A stretch of DNA of 64,000 bases from Hyphomicrobiales bacterium (GCA_965224015.1 OZ245032.1:854863-918862); one strand, 5' to 3'. Shown: positions 39,795 through 50,171, counted from the stretch's first letter. A program made the numbers and translations. The notes: a model not told the origin generated them from the sequence alone.

Positions 39795-40013
39795 TAGATC
39801 AGCATGGGCTTAGGTGTACCCATTTTGCTATGGGGACAACTAAGCCCATAAAGCTGATCGCCCTCTAATACCAAGGGTCCTTAACAATGACTCATGGCTT
39901 AGCGTCGAAGAGGTGTGTTATCAAGGCAGTACACCAGTCAGCGTGTCTATAAAGCCAATACCGCTGGTATAAATCTATAGCAAATGATTCCCATTAAATG
40001 CATTTTGCTATAG
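39795..40013. repeat. Composite R2-linker-[R1]-R3 repeat
   Basis: TAGATCAGCATGGG...GCTGATCGCCCTC-TAA[MITE]TAA-ATCTATAGCAAATG...CATTTTGCTATAG. Confidence 0.8.
39869..39969 (-). mobile_element. 101-bp MITE (R1)
   Basis: TAA duplication; the empty site GCCCTCTAAATCTATAG is at 56373-56389. Confidence 0.9.
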
Positions 40014-40058
40014 TCTTTCTCTTGTCCATAACCGGGGTTAATAATAGACTGACCCGTT

Positions 40059-41093
40059 ATGTCCGTGTTGGAAAAAATTATCGCCGCATCGCGAGCCAGA
40101 GCCCCTCATATTGTTCTTTCCGAGGGAGAAGATCCTCGTGTTGTCGAAGCCGCGGCCCGCGCCGTCACCAGCGGTTTGGCCCGTATTTCCGTCGTTGCCG
40201 ATCCACAGGTCTTTGCCGCTCAGGCCAAGGGCCTGAAAGGGGCAGACCGCATTGGCATCCAGCATCCTCCAAGTTCACCTTTGGTGGACGCCTATACGTG
40301 TGCGTATCACGATTTGCGACGTCATAAAGGCGTGGATGCTGAGGCTGCACGCCGTGCGATGCACGCAAATCTTGGCTTTGCAGCCATGATGGTGCGCCAA
40401 GGCGACGCGGACGCCACCATCGGCGGCGCGCTCGCAACAACGGCAGACACAGTTCGCGCAGGGCTTCAGATTATCGGTAAGGCACCAGGCTGTGACGTGG
40501 TTTCGAGTTTTTTTCTCATGCTGTTGCCCGCGCCGTTTTCCCGCCCTGTCATCTTTGCCGACTGCGCCCTAAACATTGAACCCGATGCCAGGGCTTTAGC
40601 AGACATCGCCACCGCATCGGCGTCTTCTTACCGAGCGTTGACGGGTGAACCGGCACGGGTTGCCATGCTATCGTTTTCTACCCATGCCAGTGTGCCAGCG
40701 CAGGCCCATCCCTCCCTGGCGCGTATCAAAGAGGCGGTGGACCGGGTCAGGATACAGGTTCCAGATCTGATCATTGACGGAGAAATCCAATTCGATGCCG
40801 CGATCATGGCCGATATCGCCCACAACAAAGCCCCAGGGTCCGCACTCGACGGTGAAGCCAATGTTTTTGTGTTTCCCGATCTGAACGCGGGGAATATCGG
40901 CTACAAGATCGCTCAGCGCATTGGTGGCGCCAAGGCCATTGGTCCGGTACTGCAGGGGTTGGCCCGCCCCGCCAACGATCTGTCGCGCGGGTGCAGTGTC
41001 GAGGACATTTACCTGACGATCGCCATCACCGGTGCCCAGGTTGCCGCGCAGCCGCAGAGCCAAACGATCAGCGATCCCGCGCACCGCGCATAA
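40059..41093 (+). CDS. pta: Phosphate acetyltransferase (short form)
   Basis: LSEGEDPRV, VSSFFLM, FADCALNIEP, DGEIQFDAA, FPDLNAGNIGYK, DLSRGCS. Confidence 0.93.
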   Translation: MSVLEKIIAASRARAPHIVLSEGEDPRVVEAAARAVTSGLARISVVADPQVFAAQAKGLKGADRIGIQHPPSSPLVDAYTCAYHDLRRHKGVDAEAARRAMHANLGFAAMMVRQGDADATIGGALATTADTVRAGLQIIGKAPGCDVVSSFFLMLLPAPFSRPVIFADCALNIEPDARALADIATASASSYRALTGEPARVAMLSFSTHASVPAQAHPSLARIKEAVDRVRIQVPDLIIDGEIQFDAAIMADIAHNKAPGSALDGEANVFVFPDLNAGNIGYKIAQRIGGAKAIGPVLQGLARPANDLSRGCSVEDIYLTIAITGAQVAAQPQSQTISDPAHRA

Positions 41094-42246
41094 GCGGGAT
41101 GACGATTTGCGAAAACAAACCGATTCCGTACAGCATGTTTCCGACAATTGCCGGCACATGGCCGATTGAGGCGATCGTTATCAACCCCATGACAATACCA
41201 AAAGCGCGCAGGCCAAATCCGTAGAGACTGTGTACGAAACGCGCCTCAATAGCGGTCTGAATGGTCCAGCAGGCACCAAGATAAAGGATAAGCCCCATAC
41301 ACCCCACCCAGGCGTAGCCAACAGGAAACGGCTCGAAAAAACCCACCTTCACCTCGCCCGTCAAGGCAACGCCGATCATGATCGCCGCCATCATGATGAC
41401 CAGATGACTATACCACCAGCGCGACATGTGTTTTTTTGTCTGTCGCGGCTCGCCATTGCCGACGAAGTCGAAGTAAATCCACGCCAGTGCAAACAACGAC
41501 AGGCCGCCGACCACATAGTTAAAGAAAATACCCGGCCCGACCTTGTAAAGCCCCTTGTCCGCCAAAGTGACCACCATCTTGAAAAAGCCCTCACCGATAA
41601 CAATAAGCATCAGCAAGGCAAACCGCTCGGACAGATGTTCAAATCGCGGGACGAAACGTGTGTGGCGCATGACACCAATACCAGGCAGCAAATACCCAAG
41701 TTGCAGCGCGATGATCAATATCCCCCAAAGGACATAATTGTAGGGCGCCGGCAAAAATGCCGACAGGCCGAACAACACCGCAAATACCGCGAACATGCGA
41801 ACCATTTCCAGGGCGAGAGCGCGCGATTGTCTGTCTTGGTGCAAGGCGCGCCAGTACATAACCGCCAAAAGGGCACGGTTGATACCGTAAGCGACGGCGA
41901 AATAAACAGCCCCCTTGCCCGGAATATGCGGAATAGCCGCGGCAAACACCATAACCGTGCACATTTGCAGGGCCATGATCAGTCGGTGCACCGGATCGCC
42001 GCTAACATAAAGGGAGGTATAAAACACCGTGTCCCCCCATGCCATCCAGATCATCGTAAACAGGGCGGCAAAGACTAAAAATCCCTCCAAGCTCAAATGA
42101 TGGCTCAAATAGTTTCCCAGCAAAAACACGCACACCACATGGACAAGATCGTAGAACAGTTCGATCCACGCAACATGACTGCCGGAGTGCTCCGTATCCT
42201 GGTGGTGTCGAGGCCGGCTCCAAAAATGACTTTTGCTTTCGCTCAT
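41068..42246 (-). CDS. LtrA (low temperature requirement A) family membrane protein
   Basis: WIELFYDLVHV, HLSERFALLMLIVIGE; start set at ATG 42246. Confidence 0.88.
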   Translation of the reverse strand: MSESKSHFWSRPRHHQDTEHSGSHVAWIELFYDLVHVVCVFLLGNYLSHHLSLEGFLVFAALFTMIWMAWGDTVFYTSLYVSGDPVHRLIMALQMCTVMVFAAAIPHIPGKGAVYFAVAYGINRALLAVMYWRALHQDRQSRALALEMVRMFAVFAVLFGLSAFLPAPYNYVLWGILIIALQLGYLLPGIGVMRHTRFVPRFEHLSERFALLMLIVIGEGFFKMVVTLADKGLYKVGPGIFFNYVVGGLSLFALAWIYFDFVGNGEPRQTKKHMSRWWYSHLVIMMAAIMIGVALTGEVKVGFFEPFPVGYAWVGCMGLILYLGACWTIQTAIEARFVHSLYGFGLRAFGIVMGLITIASIGHVPAIVGNMLYGIGLFSQIVIPLMRGARDR

Positions 42247-42390
42247 GGATTTTTCATCGCATCGGTTTGCAGAATTACGCGCACCAGTGTACAAAAACCG
42301 GCTTTGCTGGTCTACCTTCCGGCCGTGACCAAACATCGCCTTGTGCCGAGCGCATATTTGCTTATGGTGCGCTTACCAAATTTGTGCTTA

Positions 42391-42491
42391 TACCAGCGGT
42401 ATTGGCTTTATGTACACGCCGACTGGTGTACTGCCTTGATAACATACTTGCTTGACGCTAATCCATGAGTCATTGTTAAGGACCCTTGGTA
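42391..42491 (+). mobile_element. 101-bp MITE (R1)
   Basis: TTA-TACCAGCGG...CCCTTGGTA-TTA. Confidence 0.88.
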
Positions 42492-42537
42492 TTAATAGCG
42501 CCCAACGCGATCAAAACCGACCTTGCCAGGAGGGACC

Positions 42538-43554
42538 ATGGGGAAAGTCATCTCACTTGATGCACACGAGCACAAGGCACCGGAATTAACCGGATTCATG
42601 ACATTAGTCAAACCGGAAATGGATCGGGTCAATGCGCTGATCGTTGCCAGGGCCGGCTCTCATGTGGACATGATTCCAGCCGTTGTCCAACATTTGGTTT
42701 CCTCCGGCGGAAAGCGCATCCGCCCCATGCTAACCCTCGCCTCAGCGGCGCTGTGCGGTTATGAGGGCGATGCCCATGTGACCCTGGCAGCCGGCGTCGA
42801 GTTCATGCACACAGCCACTTTGCTGCATGACGATGTCGTCGACAAGTCCGATATGCGCCGGGGTAAAAAAGCGGCGCGGTTATTATGGGGCAACCAGGCG
42901 AGCGTGCTTGTTGGCGACTATCTCCTGGGCCAGGCGTTTAAAATGATGGTCGAAGCCGGCTCCCTTGAGGCCCTTGCTGTCCTTTCCAACGCCGCGGCGA
43001 TTATTGCTGAAGGGGAGGTGCTACAACTGAGTGTCGCCAAAGACACGGCCACCACCGAAGACGATTACCTCGCCGTGATCAGCGCCAAGACGGCGGCACT
43101 ATTTGCTGCGGCCTCGGAGGTCGGTGCCATCATCGCCGATACCGACAAGGCAACCCGTGCCGCGCTCCGCTCTTACGGCGCCAATCTTGGCCTGTCTTTT
43201 CAATTGGTTGATGACGCTCTTGACTACGGCGGTGCGCACGCCAAAATGGGCAAAAATGTAGGTGACGATTTTCGCGAAGGAAAAATTACCCTGCCCGTTA
43301 TTCTCGCCTATCGGCGCGGCACAAACCAGGAGCGGCGTTTCTTTGAACGCACGATCGCAGAAGGTGAAATTGAACCCGAAGACGTGGAGCGCGCGCTGCA
43401 GCTGATGCGTAACTACCGTGCCCTTGAGGATACTTTGGAGCGGGCACGCCATTACGGGACCATCAGTCGTGATGCCCTGGCTCCCCTGCCCGAGAGCCCA
43501 CATAAGAAGGCGCTTCTCGACGTTGTTGCGTTTTGTATTGCGCGCGCCTATTAA
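42538..43554 (+). CDS. ispB: Polyprenyl diphosphate synthase
   Basis: GGKRIRP, LLHDDVVD, FQLVDDALD, GDDFREGKITLP. Confidence 0.92.
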   Translation: MGKVISLDAHEHKAPELTGFMTLVKPEMDRVNALIVARAGSHVDMIPAVVQHLVSSGGKRIRPMLTLASAALCGYEGDAHVTLAAGVEFMHTATLLHDDVVDKSDMRRGKKAARLLWGNQASVLVGDYLLGQAFKMMVEAGSLEALAVLSNAAAIIAEGEVLQLSVAKDTATTEDDYLAVISAKTAALFAAASEVGAIIADTDKATRAALRSYGANLGLSFQLVDDALDYGGAHAKMGKNVGDDFREGKITLPVILAYRRGTNQERRFFERTIAEGEIEPEDVERALQLMRNYRALEDTLERARHYGTISRDALAPLPESPHKKALLDVVAFCIARAY

Positions 43555-43588
43555 ACCTTGAACCTTGCGTATTACACAGGTCACGAGC

Positions 43589-44905
43589 ATGAAGGCCTCC
43601 GCAAGCGTGCACATGCCGGGTGAAGGCGATTATACTGCACTTTGCCGCGATTGCTTTTACCTTTTCGATGGCCCGGGCACGACTCTATTGCGTTGTCAGC
43701 GGTGTTTTGGCACCCGCGTTGTGGCCCATGAAGAGCTTATGGCCCTTGCCATCGCCCATGTGGACTGCGACGCGTTTTATGCCAGTGTGGAGAAGCGCGA
43801 CAATCCGGATCTGCGCGGCAAACCGGTGATCGTGGGGGGCGGCACACGCGGCGTGGTTACGACCGCGTGTTACCAGGCCCGCATTGCCGGTGTGCACTCG
43901 GCCATGCCCATGTTCAAGGCGCGCAAGGCCTGTCCCGAGGCGATTATCATCCGCCCGAACATGAAAAAATACGTTACCGTGTCCAGGCAAATTCGCACCC
44001 GGATGCGCCGCCTGACCCCTCTCGTGCAGGCTGTTTCCATTGATGAGGCTTATTTGGACTTAAGCGGCACCACCCGTTTGCATGGGGCCCCGCCGGCGGT
44101 ACTGTTGGCGCGGCTGGCCAGGGACATTGAGACAGACATTGGGATTACCATTTCGATTGGGTTGAGCACCAACCGATTTTTGGCCAAATGCGCCTCTGAT
44201 CTTGATAAGCCCCGGGGGTTTTCGGTGATCGGCGCAGGCGAGGCGCAAGACTTTTTGCACGACAAGCCGATCCGCTTTATTGGCGGTGTGGGTAAGGCCA
44301 TGCAAAAGATGTTAAGGCGCGACAATCTTCATACGATTGGCCAATTGCAGGCCCTGGACGCGCGAGATTTGGCACGCCGCTATGGCGCCATGGGGGTCTT
44401 GTTGGCCAAGCGCGCACGCGGCATTGACAACTCCCGTGTAACCCCCAACCGCGGCGCCAAAAGCATCAGTTGCGAGACAACCCTTGGCCGTGATATCGCC
44501 AGTGAGGCCCTGTTGCGGCGGCGCCTGCGGGCTTTGAGCGAGCGTGTCTCCCATCGGCTCAAGCGTAATCATTTGGGCGGCCAATCCGTGACCTTGAAGC
44601 TCAAGACCGCGTCCTTTCAGACCTTGACCCGATCGCGAAAGCTCAACGCGCCCACGCAGCTGGCGGATCGTATTTTTCACGAGGCTGCGGATCTGTTGCG
44701 CCGGGAAATCAGGGGTACGGCTTATCGGCTCATTGGTGTTGGCGTTTCGGATCTGTGCGCGGAACGGTTTGCAGACCCCGACGACCTGATTGAGCAAGAG
44801 CGCCATAAGCGTCGGCGGGCAGAGGAAGCCATGGACCGGGTGCGTGAGCGTTTCGGCTGGGAGGCGGTGAAAACCGGTCTGACATTTGATAACAAAAGGG
44901 TCTGA
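43589..44905 (+). CDS. dinB: DNA polymerase IV
   Basis: HVDCDAFYASVE, SIDEAYLD, KCASDLDKPRG; N-terminal Cys cluster as in alphaproteobacterial DinB; start uncertain. Confidence 0.95.
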   Translation: MKASASVHMPGEGDYTALCRDCFYLFDGPGTTLLRCQRCFGTRVVAHEELMALAIAHVDCDAFYASVEKRDNPDLRGKPVIVGGGTRGVVTTACYQARIAGVHSAMPMFKARKACPEAIIIRPNMKKYVTVSRQIRTRMRRLTPLVQAVSIDEAYLDLSGTTRLHGAPPAVLLARLARDIETDIGITISIGLSTNRFLAKCASDLDKPRGFSVIGAGEAQDFLHDKPIRFIGGVGKAMQKMLRRDNLHTIGQLQALDARDLARRYGAMGVLLAKRARGIDNSRVTPNRGAKSISCETTLGRDIASEALLRRRLRALSERVSHRLKRNHLGGQSVTLKLKTASFQTLTRSRKLNAPTQLADRIFHEAADLLRREIRGTAYRLIGVGVSDLCAERFADPDDLIEQERHKRRRAEEAMDRVRERFGWEAVKTGLTFDNKRV

Positions 44906-44967
44906 TGTTTGATAACAAAAGGGTCTGACGTTTGACAACAAAAGATTCTGGCGTTTGATAACAAAAG
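44876..44967. repeat. 23-bp tandem repeat x4 overlapping the dinB stop
   Basis: GGTCTGACATTTGATAACAAAAG-like units at 44876, 44899, 44922, 44945, with no spacers. Confidence 0.9.
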
Positions 44968-45103
44968 ATAATGTAAACAATTGCTACATAAACTTGCGAC
45001 GTTCCTTGCGTCCTGAGCGAGAACGCGCTATAGCGGCCAGGGATGGATCGTATGGCCCGTTTGCGCACGTATGGTGATCCGGCGTGCCAGGCGCAGGACC
45101 TGT

Positions 45104-45178
45104 TGGGGCGTGGCCAAATGGTAAGGCAGCGGCTTTTGGTGCCGAAGACTGTAGGTTCGAGTCCTACCGCCCCAGCCA
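45104..45178 (+). tRNA. tRNA-Gln(TTG)
   Basis: TGGGGCG acceptor stem, loop TT-TTG-GT, GGTTCGAGTCC, CCA end. Confidence 0.96.
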
Positions 45179-45254
45179 CATCCAAAAACGGTGCCTATCT
45201 GATAGCGGTAGGCCAACCTTTTCTGTGGTGCCTGAAGCCTTGAGGGAGGCGACA

Positions 45255-45833
45255 ATGACAATGTGGTGGCTGGCGCTTGGACTTGCCGTTTTTATTGGGT
45301 TGCACCTTATTCCCAGCGCCCCCGGCGTTAAGTCTGGGCTTGTGGAGCGTTTTGGTGAGAGTACCTATCGCATAATTTATTCCGTCGGGGCCATTGTCTC
45401 ATTGGTGTTGATTATTTTTGGTTACGCGGTGGCGCGCCCGGACGCGCCGTTTTATTACGAACCGTCAACACCATTGAAGATTATTGGCGGGCTTCTCATG
45501 CTGCCGGCGTTTATCCTGTTTCCCGCAGCCCGCCTTGCAGGCTGGATAAAAAGAGTCGCCAAACACCCCCAACTCGCGGCCGTCAAGATCTGGGCCTTTG
45601 CCCATTTGCTCATGAACGGCGACGGGGCTTCGCTGCTTTTATTTGGTGCATTTCTGGCCTGGGCCGTATATGCGCGCGTCTCTTACAAATGGCGCGAAAC
45701 GGCGACCCCCACCAAACTGCCAATAAAATGGTCTCGGCCTGATACGATCGCCACAGTGATTGGTCTCGTGCTCTACGGCATTTTTATCGCCGGCGGTCAC
45801 GAATTCCTGATCGGCGTCCCCGCAACCGGGTAA
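45255..45833 (+). CDS. NnrU family membrane protein
   Basis: FIGLHLIP, KHPQL..VKIWAFAHLLMNGD, HEFLIGV; ATG 45255 after GGGAGG. Confidence 0.88.
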   Translation: MTMWWLALGLAVFIGLHLIPSAPGVKSGLVERFGESTYRIIYSVGAIVSLVLIIFGYAVARPDAPFYYEPSTPLKIIGGLLMLPAFILFPAARLAGWIKRVAKHPQLAAVKIWAFAHLLMNGDGASLLLFGAFLAWAVYARVSYKWRETATPTKLPIKWSRPDTIATVIGLVLYGIFIAGGHEFLIGVPATG

Positions 45834-45991
45834 ACGGCTACAAAGGGGAGGTCGCCAATGGACGTTTCCAGATGATCCTGTTGACAACCTAGCGCTTTCG
45901 ATGGCGACGAAGCGTCACGTGTTGCATCAAAAAACACTTTATGGTAGCAGAATAGGCATTAATCTCGCTATAAGTGTTTTTTGGAGGCTCC

Positions 45992-47800
45992 ATGACGGCA
46001 AGACTACAAGCGGCTGAAAAGGCTGAATGCCCCCACCCGCCGGTCGTTTACCCACAGCGGCAAGTGTTGTATCAAGTTAAGCCCCTACCCCTGTTGGTCG
46101 GCATTTGCCTTTTCGGCCTTGCAGCCTTGGCTTTGCCCCCTGCGGCCAACGCCGCCTGTCCCGGCGTAATCGCCTCCGGTGAGACGCAAACCACGCCCCA
46201 AACCCTCGCTAATCAGGGCGAGACATGTACCGTGGAGTCGGGTGGCACAATCAGAACGAACAATGCAAATGGTATCAATACCAGCAGCAACCGGCACGTG
46301 ATCTCCAACTTCGGCACAATACAGACGAGCGGATTCCAAGTGCGCGGCGTGGAGATCCGTGGAAGAAACAATGTATTGTCCAACTTCGGCACAATACAAG
46401 CGACTGGTGCGCAAGCGCGCGGCGTGTTCATCCGAGGCCGTGGCAACGTATTTTATAACGGTGGCACTATAGAAGCGAGCGGCACACGCAGTTTAGCCAT
46501 CAGAATCCAAACACCGAACAATCAGATGAACACCCTGACCCTGCTTCCCGGCTCTCGTATCATCGGCGACGTCAGACTTGCCGGCGGGGGCTCTGAAACG
46601 GTCAACTTTTACAACCGCGTCGGCACCGTGATCACATTTGACTTTACATCAGGAACCGGCTTGCCGGAAGTCATCGATACCAACGGGCGGCCCTTTGTGA
46701 CCATCCCCGCGCCAGGTGGTGTTGGTAACCCTTACGTGGTCGTTGTCGATCCCACCGCCTTCGGCCAAAACGACGAGCGCCTTGCGGACCTGACAGGGGC
46801 GATGTTCGGTGCAATCCATACCCACCTTGATGATATCCGGCGGCTCCCTGCGGTCGCATCGGGGCCCACAAGCCGCGCGTCGATGCAGATCGGTGTCAGC
46901 GTCGCCGACGAGCCCTTTGAGATCGCGGATCCTGTTGTCGACACGGTGATTGATCACAAGACGAACCTGTGGGCGCAGGTCATCGGCGCCCACCGCCGTG
47001 AGGAGGAAAAAGGCATCAGCAATGAGGCCGATCACAATCTGCTGGGTGTTATCATTGGCTTTGATAGCCCCATAGACACCGACACTCTCGCGGGGTTGCG
47101 CCTTGGCGGATTTCTCGGCGCCGCGGTCGGTGAAACCGAGATCGGCTATAACAGCCAGCATATTGATACGACAAACTTCTTCGGCGGCATTTATGGGGAA
47201 TACGCGCAGGAAAACTGGTACACGCGCCTGACCCTTGGACTGGGGATCATTGATCACGACAGCACCCGCCTGGTGATGGACAATCTGGCACCAAACGGCT
47301 CGTGGAATGCACGCGCTTCCTATGACGGGATGTTTATCTCGCCGGAATTCGCAGTGGGGGCTGACTACGACATGAGCGGGACGCGCATTAGCCCAAGCCT
47401 CAAGCTGCGCTATGGGTATATGTCCCTCGACGGGTACACCGAAACAGGCGCGCCTGCCAATGTTTCCCCAAGCCTCCTGACCATAGCCGATCGGGACGTG
47501 AATCTCCTGTTGGGTCGGGCGCAGATCGCCTTTGCACGCACCTGGAGAGCCCTTGACCTCAGGCCACGGATTGGTGTGGAGGGGCACCTTAGCGACAGTG
47601 ACAACGTGTCCGCCAGCATCGCCGGGACCGCCCTGTCTTTTGCCCCTGCAGGGGAGAAAGAGGCCATAAGCGGATTTGTCGGCGCGACCGTATCAGCGGA
47701 TTTTGGCGGCGAGGCGACCGCCTATGTTGATGCCGAGGCGCATTTAGGCAATAACGGTTACCGATTTGCCGCAAGCCTCGGCCTGAGCGTACGGTTTTAG
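45992..47800 (+). CDS. Autotransporter (beta-helical passenger + beta-barrel)
   Basis: SNFGTIQ repeats, barrel-like alternating strands, C-terminal LGLSVRF; start uncertain. Confidence 0.82.
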   Translation: MTARLQAAEKAECPHPPVVYPQRQVLYQVKPLPLLVGICLFGLAALALPPAANAACPGVIASGETQTTPQTLANQGETCTVESGGTIRTNNANGINTSSNRHVISNFGTIQTSGFQVRGVEIRGRNNVLSNFGTIQATGAQARGVFIRGRGNVFYNGGTIEASGTRSLAIRIQTPNNQMNTLTLLPGSRIIGDVRLAGGGSETVNFYNRVGTVITFDFTSGTGLPEVIDTNGRPFVTIPAPGGVGNPYVVVVDPTAFGQNDERLADLTGAMFGAIHTHLDDIRRLPAVASGPTSRASMQIGVSVADEPFEIADPVVDTVIDHKTNLWAQVIGAHRREEEKGISNEADHNLLGVIIGFDSPIDTDTLAGLRLGGFLGAAVGETEIGYNSQHIDTTNFFGGIYGEYAQENWYTRLTLGLGIIDHDSTRLVMDNLAPNGSWNARASYDGMFISPEFAVGADYDMSGTRISPSLKLRYGYMSLDGYTETGAPANVSPSLLTIADRDVNLLLGRAQIAFARTWRALDLRPRIGVEGHLSDSDNVSASIAGTALSFAPAGEKEAISGFVGATVSADFGGEATAYVDAEAHLGNNGYRFAASLGLSVRF

Positions 47801-47807
47801 GGCCTAT

Positions 47808-47869
47808 AGATCAGCATACGTTTAGTTGTATCGCTCACAAAATGGGTACAGCTAACCCCATGCTGATCT
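47808..47869. repeat. R2-family repeat, intact
   Basis: AGATCAGCAT...ATGCTGATCT terminal inverted repeats; holds the empty TTA site (47822-47824). Confidence 0.8.
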
Positions 47870-47920
47870 CATATGGACCTTAAGCCTCTTGCAAATAGCC
47901 CCCTATATCCTGCAAGACTA

Positions 47921-48227
47921 TACCAGCGGTATGGGCTTTATGGACACGCCGACTGGTGTACTGCCTTGATAACACACCTGATTGACACTAATGCATGAGC
48001 CCTTGGCAAGGGCCCTTGGTATATACCAGCGGTATGGGCTTTATGGACACGCCGACTGGTGTACTGCTTTGATAACACAACGCTTTGACGCCAAGGCATG
48101 AGCCCTTGGCAAGGGCCCTTGGTATATGCCAGCGGTATGGGCTTTATGGACACGCCGACTGGTGTACTGCCTTGATAACACACCTGATTGACGCTAATGC
48201 ATGAGCCCTTGTCAAAGACCCTTGGTA
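47921..48227 (+). mobile_element. Three head-to-tail 101-bp MITEs (R1) separated by TA
   Basis: Units 47921-48021, 48024-48124, 48127-48227. Confidence 0.9.
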
Positions 48228-48239
48228 TTATAGCCAGGC

Positions 48240-48335
48240 CGCCTGAAAATGATTTCATTTTCAGGCGAAAAGCCGAGCGATAATAAAAGCTTATAGCTAA
48301 ATGACTTTATCAGAATAAAGTCATTTAGCTATAAG
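48240..48335. terminator. Two strong hairpins between convergent genes
   Basis: 12-bp stem 48240-48267; perfect 21-bp stem CTTATAGCTAAATGACTTTAT/ATAAAGTCATTTAGCTATAAG at 48290-48335; terminator function is inferred. Confidence 0.55.
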
Positions 48336-48382
48336 GCCCATCTTGTCGCAAAATCGCCCAAGTACCTTTTGGCAGAATGGTT

Positions 48383-48406
48383 CTATTAAAACCTGACACG
48401 CTCTAG
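48383..48406 (+). repeat. 24-bp R4 motif containing the dgkA stop codon
   Basis: CTATTAAAACCTGACACGCTCTAG. Confidence 0.7.
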
Positions 48407-48765
48407 CCGAGCAGGATAATCCCCCAAACGCACGCGGCATTAACCAGTGCCACGAATACCGCCGCACTGCCGACATCCTTGGCTTTCTTTGATAGTGGAT
48501 GATTGTCCTGCGAGATGCGATCCACTATCGCCTCAATAGCGGTGTTAATCAGCTCGATAACAATGACCAGCAAAATACTGGCGATCATCAAAGCCTTGCT
48601 ACCGACGCTGAGGGGTAAAAAAAGCGCAACAGGAACAAGAACAATTGCAAAAAACCCCTCCTGGCGCAGGGCCTGTTCAGTGCTGAAAGCAGACTTCAGG
48701 CCCTCATAGGAGTAGCCCGCTGCGCGAATTATGCGGCGAATGCCGCCCTGTTGCCGGGTGTTCAT
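48403..48765 (-). CDS. dgkA: Diacylglycerol kinase
   Basis: GYSYEGL, ELINTAIEAIVD, AKDVGSAAV. Confidence 0.95.
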   Translation of the reverse strand: MNTRQQGGIRRIIRAAGYSYEGLKSAFSTEQALRQEGFFAIVLVPVALFLPLSVGSKALMIASILLVIVIELINTAIEAIVDRISQDNHPLSKKAKDVGSAAVFVALVNAACVWGIILLG

Positions 48766-48845
48766 GGTCGATTCTACCTGTTTTCAGTTTATTCGGCGAC
48801 GACGCCGGCAAGCGCCGAACTGACAAGCGCCCGGCGACACACTGG

Positions 48846-50171
48846 TTACACCTTTTGACCAATGAGGTCATAGTCTTGCGCGTGCGTAATGCGTGCCGTA
48901 ATCACATCGCCCACCGATAGGCCCGCGGTGCCCTGGATAAAAATATTGCCATCGATCTCAGGGGCGTCCCAAACCGTGCGGCCAATGGCCATATCCTCCT
49001 GCGCGTCCAGGTCATCAATCACCACATTGGTTGTGGCACCCACTTTGGCGAGCATGACCGAGGCACTGATGTCGGCCTGCTGCGCCATCAAGGCATGCCA
49101 GCGCTCATTGCGCACGGACGCAGGAACCTTTGCAGCCAAAGCGTTTGAGGGCGCGCCGGCAACATCTTCGTACTCAAAGCACCCCACCCGCTCAAGTCGC
49201 GCCTCCCGCAAAAACGCAAGCAGAGTGGCAAAATCCTCGTCTGTCTCGCCGGGAAAGCCGACAATGAATGTGGAGCGAATGGCCAGATCGGGACAGTGTT
49301 TGCGCCATGCCGCAATGCGCGCCAGCATCTTTTCCTGGTCTGCCGGACGGCGCATGGCTCTTAGCACCCGCGGCGCAGCATGTTGGAAGGGAATATCAAG
49401 ATAAGGAAGAATATGCCCCTCAGCCATCAAGGGGATGATCTCGTCCACGTGCGGGTAAGGATACACGTAATGCAGACGCACCCACACACCCAGTTGCCCC
49501 AGCGCTTGCACAAGATCAAAAAACCGTGCCTTTACCGCCCGTCCGTGGAACGGGCTTTCTTCATACCTCAGATCACGCCCATAGGCGCTGGTGTCCTGGG
49601 AAATGACCAGTAATTCCTTGACGCCGGCCTTGGCAAGACGCTCGGCTTCATAAAGGACACCGGCCGCCGGGCGCGAACGTAAAGGGCCGCGCAATTGCGG
49701 AATGATGCAAAACGTGCAGCTGTTGGAGCAACCTTCGGATATTTTCAAATAGGCATAGTGGCGCGGCGTAAGCCGCACACCTTGCGGCGGCACTAGGTCA
49801 ACAAAGGGCGCCGGCGAGACGGGTACCGCATCATGGACAGCCGCAACAACCGCCTCATATTGATGCGGGCCACTGATATTGATGACCTTGGGATGCTCCG
49901 CCTCAATCATGGCCTTTTCGTGCCCCAGGCATCCGGTCACGATCACCCGACCGTTTTCCTCAATGGCCTCGCCAATGGCGGCCAGGGATTCGGCTTTGGC
50001 TGAGTCGAGAAACCCGCATGTATTGACAATGACAGCATCGGCTTCGTCGTAGTGGGGCGTCAGGGCATAGCCATCGGCGCGCAGTTTTGTCAAAATGCGT
50101 TCAGAATCAACCAGAGCCTTGGGGCATCCAAGGGAGACAATGCCTATAGTGGGTTGCTTGGCGTGGGACAT
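48846..50171 (-). CDS. rimO: Ribosomal protein S12 methylthiotransferase
   Basis: [25 protein letters not shown] radical-SAM motif, DAPEIDG TRAM domain; ATG 50171. Confidence 0.96.
   Translation of the reverse strand: MSHAKQPTIGIVSLGCPKALVDSERILTKLRADGYALTPHYDEADAVIVNTCGFLDSAKAESLAAIGEAIEENGRVIVTGCLGHEKAMIEAEHPKVINISGPHQYEAVVAAVHDAVPVSPAPFVDLVPPQGVRLTPRHYAYLKISEGCSNSCTFCIIPQLRGPLRSRPAAGVLYEAERLAKAGVKELLVISQDTSAYGRDLRYEESPFHGRAVKARFFDLVQALGQLGVWVRLHYVYPYPHVDEIIPLMAEGHILPYLDIPFQHAAPRVLRAMRRPADQEKMLARIAAWRKHCPDLAIRSTFIVGFPGETDEDFATLLAFLREARLERVGCFEYEDVAGAPSNALAAKVPASVRNERWHALMAQQADISASVMLAKVGATTNVVIDDLDAQEDMAIGRTVWDAPEIDGNIFIQGTAGLSVGDVITARITHAQDYDLIGQKV

Noticed and set aside
39500-39800. attR duplication of the tRNA-Ser 3' end
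   Set aside because: No copy of CTCTCTCCGCCA found by eye, so the island's right edge is only approximate
44876-44967. CRISPR array
   Set aside because: The 23-bp units are contiguous with no unique spacers, and no cas genes are in the window
45084-45254. N-terminal extension of the NnrU ORF
   Set aside because: It overlaps tRNA-Gln; the true start is ATG 45255 with a good RBS
47921-48227. CRISPR-like periodicity (103 bp)
   Set aside because: Whole units are repeated; they are MITE copies, not repeat-spacer units
47938-48258. ORF-track protein of 106 aa (also 53560-54030 and similar)
   Set aside because: Translation of MITE sequence (the recurring CYQG.TPVGVSIKPIPL). A 101+3 bp insertion is not a multiple of 3, so this is not a coding repeat
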